64,000 bases of DNA from Lepidodermella squamata (taxonomy: Eukaryota > Animalia > Gastrotricha). Numbering within the stretch: position 1 is the first letter of the stretch; each line of letters opens with the position of its first letter. The stretch spans positions 3,596,001 through 3,660,000 of the forward strand of contig JBLDXI010000007.1 in assembly GCA_047495785.1 (NCBI GenBank). Reading direction: 5' to 3'. The notes under the pieces were generated by a model. The model was not told the origin of the DNA and did not search any database. It worked only from the letters and a program-made list of their open reading frames with translations. This document shows positions 48,070-59,093 of the stretch, piece after piece. A program made the position numbers and the translations under genes.

Positions 48070-48223
48070 CAGACTTTTACATCATAACTGCATCGCCCCG
48101 AACAGGCAAGCTATGCTAGCGAAACAGCGGAAGCCCGTTGAAATGCCAAAGGTTCAAGTTGCGGAACAGCCAACGCGGAGATTGTCAGTCGGTCGCCTGC
48201 CTAACTCGGCGATGTTGCTGTAA
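48070..48223 (+). pseudogene. 3' remnant of the small secreted protein gene (unit 4)
   Basis: NCIAPNRQAMLAKQ...GRLPNSAMLL*; 5' half missing. Confidence 0.82.
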
Positions 48224-48443
48224 ATTTTAATGAAGATATTTGGTCGGCGACCAGGAATATAGTTGCTTAATAAGGCAACGAAACTACTCACTCACCCGGT
48301 GCACAATTACTCTTGAAGTTATAGAATTAAAAAAGTACTTGTGAACACATTGCTTTATTGCGAAAACAGTGCAGAAAACAGTTCAGAACAGTGCAGTGCT
48401 AGAATAAAAGGGAACTGTTGGAAAACATGAAGCTTTGAAAGCC

Positions 48444-49526
48444 TTAAATGGCAAGGAGTGACTTTTGTAGGGGGTTCATGTCTTCGTATTCCTTGTAGGG
48501 TATGACCCTTTCATCAATCCCTCTTCGCGGAACATCAAAGGCTACGCTACTGCAGAATATCGTCACCGGATACGGGTAGTGACTTGTCGTTCGATGACCG
48601 CGATAAGCCTTTCGTCGCTCTTTTATGTCGGCCTCATTCAAGCCACGACAGGAATAGCCCTCGTGCTTCTTGGCCACTTTCGGGAACATGCAGACGTAGT
48701 AGACCAATCGATTCCTTGGCTGGTCTCGGGGCAACCTCGGGCCGGTTCCGAAGTGGAAAGTTCGACTGTCCCATAAAACGAATCCTCCCTTCGGCGGGCA
48801 GACATAGCGCCATTTGCATCCCTTCTCCTTCATCAAGAAGTCCAACTCCTCTCTACAAGCAAGGTGCCAATCGTCGGCAATCTCAGAATCGTTATTGCCA
48901 TTTCTAGAAAAGAATCTTTTTCTGATCTTGCCATGGTAGACATGCGAACCCTCAAGTACTGACAAACAGCCGTCATTCGGCCCGCATTCTTCGAGATTGT
49001 ACAAGCCCTGAACGCAGCGAGGCTTGTGATGCAAGATTCGCTGGTCTGTGTGAAATCCTTCCCTAGGCCTGCCATCGTAATGACCTTGTATGGGGCTGAA
49101 ATTCTCCGGCGCTATATTAAAGGAAATGCCATCCATGGACGTGACTAATTCTGTCACATCAACTCCCCACAAATGGGCGAAAATCGGGGCAGCTGCTTCT
49201 CTAGCAGCCCAGACGCTAGGCAAATGGGAGAAACTCGGGTAGTGCAGCAGCATGTGGTTATACGGAGCAAGACGGCGCAAATAGTTTATGTAAGTTGCCG
49301 GGTCATTTCGGTTAATTTTGTCGCGATCATTATCCACAATTATACGCTCCAATCCGTCCCAAACCTCGGCTTGAGCTGCTTGGCAGAAAGTTTCCGGGAG
49401 TCGATAGCCATCGACTATTGCGAAACCCTGCTTGGCTAGAGTTTTATGGATCTTGTCCAGGGGTGTCAATTCGAAATAAGGCGTGCCTCTGGCGGTTTCA
49501 TCCAGGGGCATTCCTAATCTCAGCAT
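48444..49526 (-). CDS. PhyH-family dioxygenase, copy 4
   Basis: Intact 360-aa paralog. Confidence 0.88.
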   Translation of the reverse strand: MLRLGMPLDETARGTPYFELTPLDKIHKTLAKQGFAIVDGYRLPETFCQAAQAEVWDGLERIIVDNDRDKINRNDPATYINYLRRLAPYNHMLLHYPSFSHLPSVWAAREAAAPIFAHLWGVDVTELVTSMDGISFNIAPENFSPIQGHYDGRPREGFHTDQRILHHKPRCVQGLYNLEECGPNDGCLSVLEGSHVYHGKIRKRFFSRNGNNDSEIADDWHLACREELDFLMKEKGCKWRYVCPPKGGFVLWDSRTFHFGTGPRLPRDQPRNRLVYYVCMFPKVAKKHEGYSCRGLNEADIKERRKAYRGHRTTSHYPYPVTIFCSSVAFDVPRRGIDERVIPYKEYEDMNPLQKSLLAI

Positions 49527-49727
49527 GGTTTGTTAGGGTAAACTATAGAAACATTTATCTTATCTAGTTTTCGCGTAACACTTTCTATCCGAAAAGTTAT
49601 GAATGAATATAGAACATGATGTAGTGAGTTGTAAATTGTTATTTAACAAGGCGAAAAATCGATATTCGGGCTTTTTTATTGATCGGATGATAATAAATGC
49701 CACTGAGCAAGACAGAAGCAGACATAC

Positions 49728-50740
49728 ACGGGGAAAAATATCTTGGTAAAAACCGACCAGAAAACGCAACTCAGTAATCGATACTTGCATTATAGCATTA
49801 CCTTGTATATGGTGGGTATTAACTGACTTATTTGTAAAAACTTACTCATCAAGTCAGTAATCACCCCGGCCCCTCCCCTCCCTCTCCTCTCTCCCCTCGG
49901 CTGAAATATTAAAGAAAAAATCGTTCAGGAGCATGGAAAGGCTACCCGTAAGCTCAATAACCTATGAAAAATAAAATAAAAAAATAAAAACCGAAAACCA
50001 TTCATACTTTGTCCCTGTCAGGATTCGAACCTGGTCGTAACGCACACACTCACACACTTCACACGCGCGCGCCTAACTAACTATGCTACCCCCTAACTCA
50101 TAATTGAAATGACAATCAGCGCTACTTATAGAATTTAGCTGAGCATAAAGTTATAAAAAATCCAAGGCAAGTGCACATGCAACTTAACCTCCTGCACCTA
50201 TTCAATCACTATACCGACCCTTACCAACCTAATTCTGCATGTTTCATATTTATTACTTATCGCTTATCGTTAGCCGCCTGGCTGAAGTTAATCGTTTGCC
50301 GCTCACTAAACGTCTCTGTACTTTCATTTTTCGTCAAAGTAGATGACGGTAGATGAAGTAGATGACAAGTAGATGATAGTACAGATGACTGTCGAAAGAC
50401 GCTATTACCACCGCGTATAAAATGTCAGCTTTGGCGACAAAACTGTTACTTTGCCAGACAACTAACTATGACAGAAAACTTGGTGAATCAAGAGTTATTT
50501 TTTCTGGTGGACTCGGTCGACAAAATTCGACACAAGTCAGCTTCTCAGATAGCGATTATAGCGATTTCCAGTCATATCGGTTTTTACCAAGTTCAAAAAC
50601 TCAGTTTTCCCAGTTATTTAAAGCAACCTGGGTAAAATGAGTAACAACTGGGTATTAACTCAGATGTTACTCAGTCGTGAATACCCGTTTTGTGAAAACT
50701 GATTTAATAAGTCGGTTATTACGCAGATATTTTTCCCCGT
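49728..50740. mobile_element. Non-autonomous TIR element (~1 kb) containing a tRNA-like segment
   Basis: Perfect 16-bp TIR acggggaaaaatatct / agatatttttccccgt. Confidence 0.8.
50013..50092 (-). other. tRNA-derived (SINE-head-like) sequence, not a canonical tRNA
   Basis: Minus strand reads ggtagcatagttagtta (A-box-like)...ccaggttcgaatcctg (B-box/T-arm); anticodon arm replaced by GT-rich sequence. Confidence 0.55.
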
Positions 50741-51884
50741 ATCGTTAGCGACGTGCCAAAACAACCACTTTGATGACTCATTCGATCGTACTCTAAGGAG
50801 CCCAACGTAATGATGAAGTACGTTCGGCTTTTTTGAGGAATGATCGTACTGATCGTAATTTGAATTTACGTTTATTGGTTGAACGTACTTTCCTTAAAAA
50901 ATCTATAAACAGACTTACTAAAATTGGATTTTTGCATCTTTTTCGCCTTATAAAACAGCTTGCTATTGGCGGGAAATGCGACGAGCGGGTGTTCATGTAT
51001 GAGAAAAGTCTCATTAACCGGCCCGAAGGCAACTCTGTGTCTCCGGAATCCGACCGATAATAGAAATAAGGCCCAATAACCCACGCCTTTATAAAAGGTT
51101 GAGCTTTCATTTTAGACCCTGTCGGGTTGTGTGACGCAATAGAAACTATGACAAGGTTCCTTTTCATCCTTCTCATGTCAACCTTCTCATTTCTCATTTC
51201 AAAGAGAATTCGAAGAAAGCCAACATCCAACATCTTCAAGCAGTACCGATTCAGGGCATAGTGATACGTATCAAAGAATCGTTGTTTTTCAAGTAACCAC
51301 ATTTTTCGCTGGAAATTACGGAAATTAGCCGAATCCTGTTTTTCACTTTTTTGCCGTTTTAACCTCGTTTCGACCTCAGTAATAAAGAAAAATTATAACT
51401 GCCCTTTCGATGACTAGAATTCATTCACCATTCAACTGATATATATTCGCATTTTAGCGTCAGGAAAATCAATGGTATGCGAATAGAACGGACAGCTCGG
51501 TAGAAGAAAGAAATTGGCGCAAATCGCGAATTTTTGATTTGCGTATTGTTCCTTCACTTATGTTAGCTGCTGAATCAATAAAACAGGTAACACGTGCAAG
51601 AAATGCTTACGCAAGAACAGTCCCTTCGTCATCAGCCTACGTCATCTATCAGTGCGACGGCGCCCAACCTGGTTCGATCGAACGCAGCCCGGCTGTCAAT
51701 CCGAATTTCTCAAACACGAAATCGTACGACGTGGCTATTTCTAATACGGATCAATGCTGCGTGGACGCGTTGGTACCGTACGAAGCTCACACCAGAAACA
51801 CAATTATTCCAGCTGGGCTGACTAGAATTGAGAAATTTCGAGGAACATAGGAGAATATACATCGGACCTATAAAACTAGCGCAG

Positions 51885-53925
51885 ATGCCCGGTGCAAACT
51901 TGCTGCTGTTTCTTCTGATAGCACCTGAAGTGCTGAGTAAGGGCGGCTTGAATCGGAAGGCTGCTGGTCTGGCAATGAACAAATTAACAAGCCGAGATTC
52001 TTCACGGTCGTACCAGTCTCAAAGCTCAGGCTCATCAGGCTCAGGGATTCACGTGCTCGCAATGCATGAGCACGAAGAGGGTGTAGGCGGGAGTGGCGAT
52101 GGAGAGGCGGGCGAGGAAGCGGATGGCGAAGGTGTTTCAAACGAACTAGTTCACAAGTTGTTCAACAATTACCACAAAGCCGCTCAAGCTTCTCCTAAGC
52201 TGGTTTTGCATCTTGATGTTCTACTATTCAAAATAAAGTCAACCGTAGAAAAGGAAGGACTTTTTGAAACAGTTGCTGCATTCTTCATGCGATGGTAAAT
52301 TTTTGAAAAATTGCGCTATGATCTCAGCTATATTCTTTGCGAGTTAAGGAATGACCCACGATTGCGATGGAATCCCAGCGATTATTCCAACATTACTTTC
52401 CTGACTCTTGATGCAGACCAAGTTGGCTTGCCTGACATTGCGGTAAGAATTCACCTATCGAAATCCTAGCAATGATAAAATTGGAAGCATGTTGCTCACG
52501 GGATTTTCACCGTTAAAATTTTATCCATTCTGCAATCAGCCAAGTATTTCATTTACCAATCTTTTGGAAAGTTACTTCAACAGCTGAAATTTATTCATGA
52601 CTCGGGCAAAAAAATGACCTAAGAATGTGAATTTAATTAAGATAACTAACGCTGCGGATCACCTGTATTCAATCACGCACGATGACAAGTTTATGATTCG
52701 CGTGAACTACGACGGTCAGCTGAAATACGTGCCCGCTGGTACGGCGCGAACTTGGTGCGATCTTGATCTCCGCGATTTCCCCTTCGACGTTCAAACATGT
52801 GCCATACAATTCGAGTCTTGGTCGCTCGAAAGCAAGCATCTAGTATTCGATGGTCGCAGTGAATTGATTGTGAGCATGGGAACCTATTAGTGAATTTTGA
52901 ATTTCTATCATAATATCTGCCTAAAGCTCGACAAAGACTTCTCATCGCAAGTTTGGACGTTTTGCCACTACACTGTCAAGGTACACATTGCAAGTATGTT
53001 GCTAAGCAGTTTGTGATTGCATCTTTCGATAGACATTTGATCATACTTACTTTACCAATGAATCGTTCTCACGGTTACGCTTCGAGCTGACAATGCGCCG
53101 CAAATCGTCCTTCTACGTTGTCAACTTGATATTTCCCTGCGCAACGCTTTGCATGATCCAAATGTGTGTCTATTTGATATCCTCGCAAAATACAACTGCC
53201 GATCGCATTGGTTTCGCCACGACTAACCTCCTTACATTGGTCGTTTTTCAAACCATCGTCACAGAAGAAATGGTTAGTGATAGATAATTTAATAGATAAC
53301 ATTACAGTATTGATTTTCTCAGCCCAAAAGTTCCGACGGAGTAACTGCGCTCTCGAAATACGTCATAGCACTGATTTGCCTCTCTGCTGTCGGAATTTTC
53401 GAGTCGATTCTAGTTGAGCGTATTTTGGCGCGGAAAACCGGGCCGCCACCCCACATCTGGCTAGTTGTTACTCGCCCAATCCCACTTTTGTGGTACGAGC
53501 TGCCCCAAGACGCCATTGAAGATCATCGAAATCAGCAGCCAAATGGTCCGGATCCTGGCGAAACCATAAAAGTTGACATCGAACCCTCTCAGAGGCCTGG
53601 CAGTCCTGTACCGTCGAGTCTCGTGTTAAAGCAACATATTCTATCTAATGGAATAACAAACTGCGAGGAAAAGCCGCCAAATTATGCTAACGTTCCTTTC
53701 CAAGTGATGAAGCCGCAGCCAAGCATAACGATTCCCGCAACGCCGAACAAAGTCATAGCTCTAGCAAATGCAAGACTGTGGCTTGAAATGGCATACAAAC
53801 TCGATGCGTTGTGCTTCATCATTTGTCTCTCGATGGCGATTGTCGTCCCAGCGTTGCTGTTTGTCCCGCGGCTTCTTCGGCCTACAATCAGCACGGAGTG
53901 CAGTAATCCTATGTCTTACGGCTGA
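51885..53925 (+). CDS. Nicotinic-acetylcholine-receptor-like Cys-loop channel subunit (non-alpha type), ~6 exons
   Basis: Signal peptide; LVHKLFNNY, WNDPRLRWNP, LPDI, Cys-loop CDLDLRDFPFDVQTC, MRRKSSFYVVNLIFPC, M2 ADRIGF, M4 LDALCF; no vicinal CC seen in loop C. Confidence 0.88.
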
Positions 53926-54693
53926 AAAGATAACCGAATTTTCACACCGTAATGCGCATAGATATATAGTCGAGTTTAAATACACATTTTTAGCCATTGG
54001 TCCTTCTTGAACTTTAGTTATAGAACAGTATTTTGTTTTCAACTTTTAAAGAATTGAAATGCATGGAAATATTGTAAATTACTCAAATTGATATATCTTG
54101 CCTGAATCTATCAATCATATGAATCATTTCATCTTACTTCAACCGGTGTTGTCCTCATTATTGTTATAATCATATTGTTTTTCTCCACTGTATGAACAGG
54201 AATGAAAATTTGATCATGGAAACCGAACAATAAACGTAATTGTGTATAGCCATACGAGAAACGCTAAAATGTGCCTCTAAACCATGCAGACCTCAGCTTC
54301 AGCATTGCTGAATCGGTAAAAAGAGCGTCATAACAAACAGAACCATCCAACGAAATTTTAAGGATCATCCATTGATGACAGACTATTAATGTTATCACTT
54401 CAACCGGCGGGGCAATGCGATCGGTTTCAGTTACGGACGAGTAAGCCTGTTCGCTCCCCCAGTCTTAGTGTTAGGTGAATAAATGTGCACGTCAGCAGGT
54501 TCTTGCACTCTGTTACCAGCGTTGCGTCGCGCAGAAACGGATTAGGCGGATTATCTCCAGATTGCAACGTGGTATATATGAGCAAACATGGGCGATGAAA
54601 AACTTTTCAAAATATTCGTATTCAAAGCATCAGAATACAAGCAAACCCACCTACTCAAAGCGTGTTAATTTTCTGTAACATTTTGGCTGGAAA

Positions 54694-55681
54694 ATGAGGA
54701 TGCGGTCTTTTCTTATAATTGCTGGCGTCCTGCTGCTTATTGGTAAATTTTATTGATATTTATATTTAAATTATCAGTTTACATGCATAGATCAGATCGA
54801 TGGATGTTTCCCAACAACTAGCACCACGTCGTCATCAGTAATTTTTCTGCAGTTGTGTGTTCATTTTCAAGGAAATGTAATGTGATTTCATCTTAGTCTG
54901 GCTCATCGAACTCCGCGACAACTTTAACGGCTAAGGCAACCACTACGACTACGAAAACCACAACAACAGCAACAACAACGACAACAACAACTGCTACAAC
55001 TACTACATCAACTACCACAACAGCTACAACAACAACTGCAACAACTACGACGACAGCTCCAACAACGACGACAATACCGACCACTACGACTACGGTGGCG
55101 ACAACAACGACGACTACAGCACCGACCACAACTACGACGCCGCCGCGGTATTGGAAATGCGTGTATTCGTCCAAGTCCCAGTCCGGTGTCAGTGTGACTT
55201 ATTGCGTCGATTCGCCAGATTTCTGCTACTCGACTAATGGAACTTCAGATAATGTAGGCCTTTTATTCTTCCTTTCAATTCTAGTTTTGATTGCTTGATT
55301 GATCTTTCTTATTTCAGACAACTGGGACATTCACTAACAGCTATTCAAGTTGCTGCACGTCGATTATAAGCATGGGAACGGGCACCAGAGCTTCGAAAAG
55401 CTACTGCGCTGTCGGCTATTGGGCAGATTGCGCCTATAACAATGTGGCGATGTGCCAAGATTGGCCGGCCTCCTGTGCCCCCAACGATAGTGCTTTTTAC
55501 ACGGTATGAATTCCAAATACAGGTTCATTCGCAGTCAAATGATGCTTTGTAACTTTCCCAGCCTAGAACGAAGAATACGTTCAGCAATTACCAGCAGTGT
55601 GTTACAGCTATAAAGTGCAACTCATTCATATCCGGTTATACCTACTACGGAGATACAATCAATGTATGCCAAGGCGTTTAA
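54694..55681 (+). CDS. Secreted Thr-rich (mucin-like) protein with Cys-rich C-terminal domain, ~5 exons
   Basis: Signal MRMRSFLIIAGVLLLI; ACx Thr repeats 54940-55140; C-terminal exons with many Cys; GT-AG introns. Confidence 0.7.
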
Positions 55682-55897
55682 AGACCAGGAGAAACCAGCT
55701 AAACCATAATTTTCTATACATTTTCCATAATTTGGTGCTGAGATGAAGCTGAATAAAATATGTTGAAAGACCGTAAAAACTCATTTTAAAATGGAGAAGA
55801 ATAAGTGGTAGACTTTATTTTCTTATATCCAATTTATTTCGCAACATCAATGCTGGTAAAAAAGGATAAAAGCTGAAGCAAAGAAAAATCAGTCTTT

Positions 55898-58091
55898 TTA
55901 TTGAGTATCACCGGGTAGAAGAGCTCGAGAAACAAGAAGGCTAAGCAACTCAGGGCTCTTCGTGTAGCGAGCTGTTTTGTACTGATTCGACGGCGCCCCA
56001 TTATTGGCTAGGATTAGCATTTTCAGCGCTTCAAAAGTTCCTCGTTGGACGGCAAGAACTCGAGGTGCTCCTATGGCTTGTTTAATTCTGAATGAAGCGT
56101 ATGGATATGACAGTTGACTTAGAGCTGAATCGAACGCAGCAGCTTCTTCTCGGCTCAATGGCCTCGTCAAACCCAGAATTTCGACGAAGATAATGTAGTG
56201 AAGTGTATCAGGTGGTTGCGAAGACAAGGCTCGGGCTAAACTTTCGCACTCCGTAGCTGTGAAATCGACGAGTCCTCTGCAGCCTGGCCAGGAATTAGCA
56301 GCATTTCGAAGAGCCTTATAGACCATTTCTTCGGTGGTCTTTTCGCCACGAATGTCCAGCATTGAACCAATTCGAGCACAAAATTCTACGACAGGAGCAG
56401 TTTGCCGCCTCCCGACACACCGGACAACATCTCCAACTCGATAGCGGTACAATCCTTAAGGTATCACAATGAAAAGAAATTTTGTCAAAATAATGATCTT
56501 ACCTCTCGGGCAGGTAACAACAAGCTCGTAGATTCTTCCTAGTTCCAACTGCTCGGCTAGCAAAGTATTTTCACCGGTCGCTTCTCCGTCAACAGTTGGC
56601 AAGAACTCGAAGAATGCGTAAGATGGCAGAATTGTGTACTGCACCGCTTCAGCCTGAGCTTCATCCAATGGTACGCCGAATAAACCTTCGCTTGCGCTGA
56701 ACATGTGAGACATGAACCGAGGTTTGGACCCGGCGTAAGCTCGTAATCTTTCGGCGTAAACCGCATGAGCACCGCTCAGCACGCAGACTACATCGGTGAG
56801 CCGTGGCCACAATCGCTCGACAATCCCGCAGAATCCAGCGTTGCATTCTCTCTCGATCCAAGTAGCTCGAACAGTGTCGGAACGTAGCAATGGCTCAACT
56901 TTTTCCGCAACCTCTCTTGGAATCTATTTAAAGAAATAGATGAAACCGTGAGGGATAGTTCAGCCCTTTCTCACCTGATTTACCGCATCGTTTCCTGGCT
57001 CGGAACCGAGTTTGCCATGTCTGACATCAGCAGCCAAATGATGCCAGTTTCTCTGGAGAAAATGAAGGCCATATAGCAGCGTTCCAGCAAAACCAGCCGC
57101 CAGACGACCCGAGTTAGCATCCAGCAAGGCGAATAGCCAATGAAGGTACAACTGTGCGGGTTCGGGCATGAAAGCTACAGCCTGAGTTGGCGTTGTTCTC
57201 GTCACATCTAGGATGTAAGGTCTTTTGCCTGGAGAGGCGCAAGAAACGGGGCCGATTGGAAGCTGGGCTGGGTCTGAGTAGCGCCAACGTGGAACAAAAG
57301 CCAGTTCGATAACTTTCAAAGGAGCGAATCTCAATAGGAAAGATTTGTTACGCTGAAGTCTGTAATGAAGCGGGTATAGTCGGTCTGAGAAGAATTGGCT
57401 TTGAACCCCAGCGGGTGATGGGATGAGCTTGCATTGGCCGGTTGTTCCTGAGGACACGTTGAGGCGAACGATGCAGTCACGGGTCAATAAATTCGACTCT
57501 CCTCTTGCGATTCGATTTACATAGACTGAGTTTTAGTGGAAAAAATTATCAAATTTCTTGAAATTCCTGAAATTTGTTTAACCTTCATAGTCTCCGTAGT
57601 TTGTGAGAGGAACCGTTGCTCGAAAACGCTCAACGGGATCTCCTACAGCCAAAATCTAACAAATTTTCAGTTAAAGTTTAGTTCATAGAATGAATACCTA
57701 CCTTATCAAAGCCAAATCTCTGTCCGATTTCCGTCTCTGAATTTTCAGCTAAAATACTTTGGAGGATCGCAGTTTGAGTCTTGCTTGTTGACCTTATTGA
57801 AAGCTCGATCAGCCAGGTTTTAAGAGCCCCACGAGTATACATATAGATATTGACCATGAAATGGGCCAAAGCGCTGAATGGGCTGAGATGGAGCTGAGAA
57901 ATCGGCATCAGGGCTAGAAGCAGGACAGCAAAGATCACAGGAAGAATCAGAGCTAGGAATGTTAAAGCTGCTAGGCATTGCTTTGCCTTGGTAAGTTCCT
58001 TCAAAACAACGTAAGTTACGGTCGAGATAACAGCTGCTGTAGCTGAGAATGTTAAGAAGTGACGGTTACGGCTGGTTAAATAGCCGAGCAT
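55898..58091 (-). CDS. GHDC: GH3-domain protein (GHDC-like acyl-adenylate/amido synthetase fold), 5 exons
   Basis: LQSILAENSETEIG, VPLTNY, SSGTTG..KLIP, FSASEG, FFEFLP, YELVVT, LYRYRVGDVV, GEKTTE, HYIIFVE, QYKTAR; N-terminal hydrophobic segments. Confidence 0.9.
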
Positions 58092-58640
58092 AGCACTTTT
58101 CTGGATTGTTAGTCGAAGTGAGCCGAGTGACTTATTGCTCCTGGAGCACGCCGAAACGCAGCCCATGCCGAGCTTCCGGCTATGTAGGAAAACGACACTT
58201 GCTACGGAAAGGCGAGCTTGGCGTTAAGCCAGCCCCTTGAGACCCGCGTTATTCGATATCGAGAGCGCGCGAATGTTGCTTTTTTAGCGCAACCCTGGCC
58301 GCTGTGGACAAATCGATGCGGGAATTTCCTTTAGCAAAGGCAAAAAACAAGAACACGGCGTGTCACATGTCAGACGAATTTGTTATATATAACACTTTTT
58401 ATTCCATTTTTTTGCCTCTCATGGTACAATGTAAGAGATCCTCATTCATCATACATCCGGGCAAAAAATGAGACGCCATTTCGGCCTCAAAATATAGATG
58501 AACATAATTTTTCGATGAAAGCTGATTTGCCGCCTGCTTGTAAGCTGATCACCGAAGCTATCGATAATGCAAGAGCCTGACAGGTAAGGGTAAAATCGCT
58601 TCGAAATACTGAGTTAGGTTGCTGACATTCCAAAGGGTGA

Positions 58641-59093
58641 TCACATCTGATTGCTGCGGTGAATGAACCAAAGCATAACTGCTAGGAAGACGAGGCAACA
58701 GAAAAACGTGATCGCATGTAAAATGAATCCGTAAAGCAGCGCGTCACTGTTGTCCACGTCTGGAATTTCGAAGAAAAACGTAGTTGTCGCGTAAGAGTTG
58801 TTGCTGAATGGAGATAGAACAGGCACAGGGTATGCTTCTCCAGACCCAACTAGAAGTTGCGTATTGATTGTCAAGCCGTTGTTAGAAGTCGGGCTGTAGT
58901 CGGAGGATGGGCGGCTCTGTCCGACGCGTTTGAGCTCGTTTAGCGCCACAGAAGCGGCGATTGATGAGGAGACAGATCGAGGTGGCGTTATCATTGGCGG
59001 CTTGTTGAGCGGGGCTGTTCGCGGGTCGCTCGGCGGCCGTGCGGTGGCGAGGCGCAGCAGCAAGCAAGCGACGTAGACGCAAGCCGTCGACAT
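58641..59093 (-). CDS. Small single-pass type I membrane protein, unknown function
   Basis: Signal-like N-terminus, Pro/Ser-rich ectodomain, C-terminal TM LLYGFILHAITFFCCLVFLAVMLWF. Confidence 0.55.
   Translation of the reverse strand: MSTACVYVACLLLRLATARPPSDPRTAPLNKPPMITPPRSVSSSIAASVALNELKRVGQSRPSSDYSPTSNNGLTINTQLLVGSGEAYPVPVLSPFSNNSYATTTFFFEIPDVDNSDALLYGFILHAITFFCCLVFLAVMLWFIHRSNQM

Noticed and set aside
50013-50092. Functional tRNA gene
   Set aside because: No proper anticodon stem-loop; embedded in a TIR element
51539-51850. ORF upstream of the nAChR-like gene
   Set aside because: No credible start or domain; could be UTR or an orphan exon; only its duplication is reported
54893-55174. 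Poly-Val membrane ORF on the minus strand
   Set aside because: Antisense shadow of the Thr codon repeats
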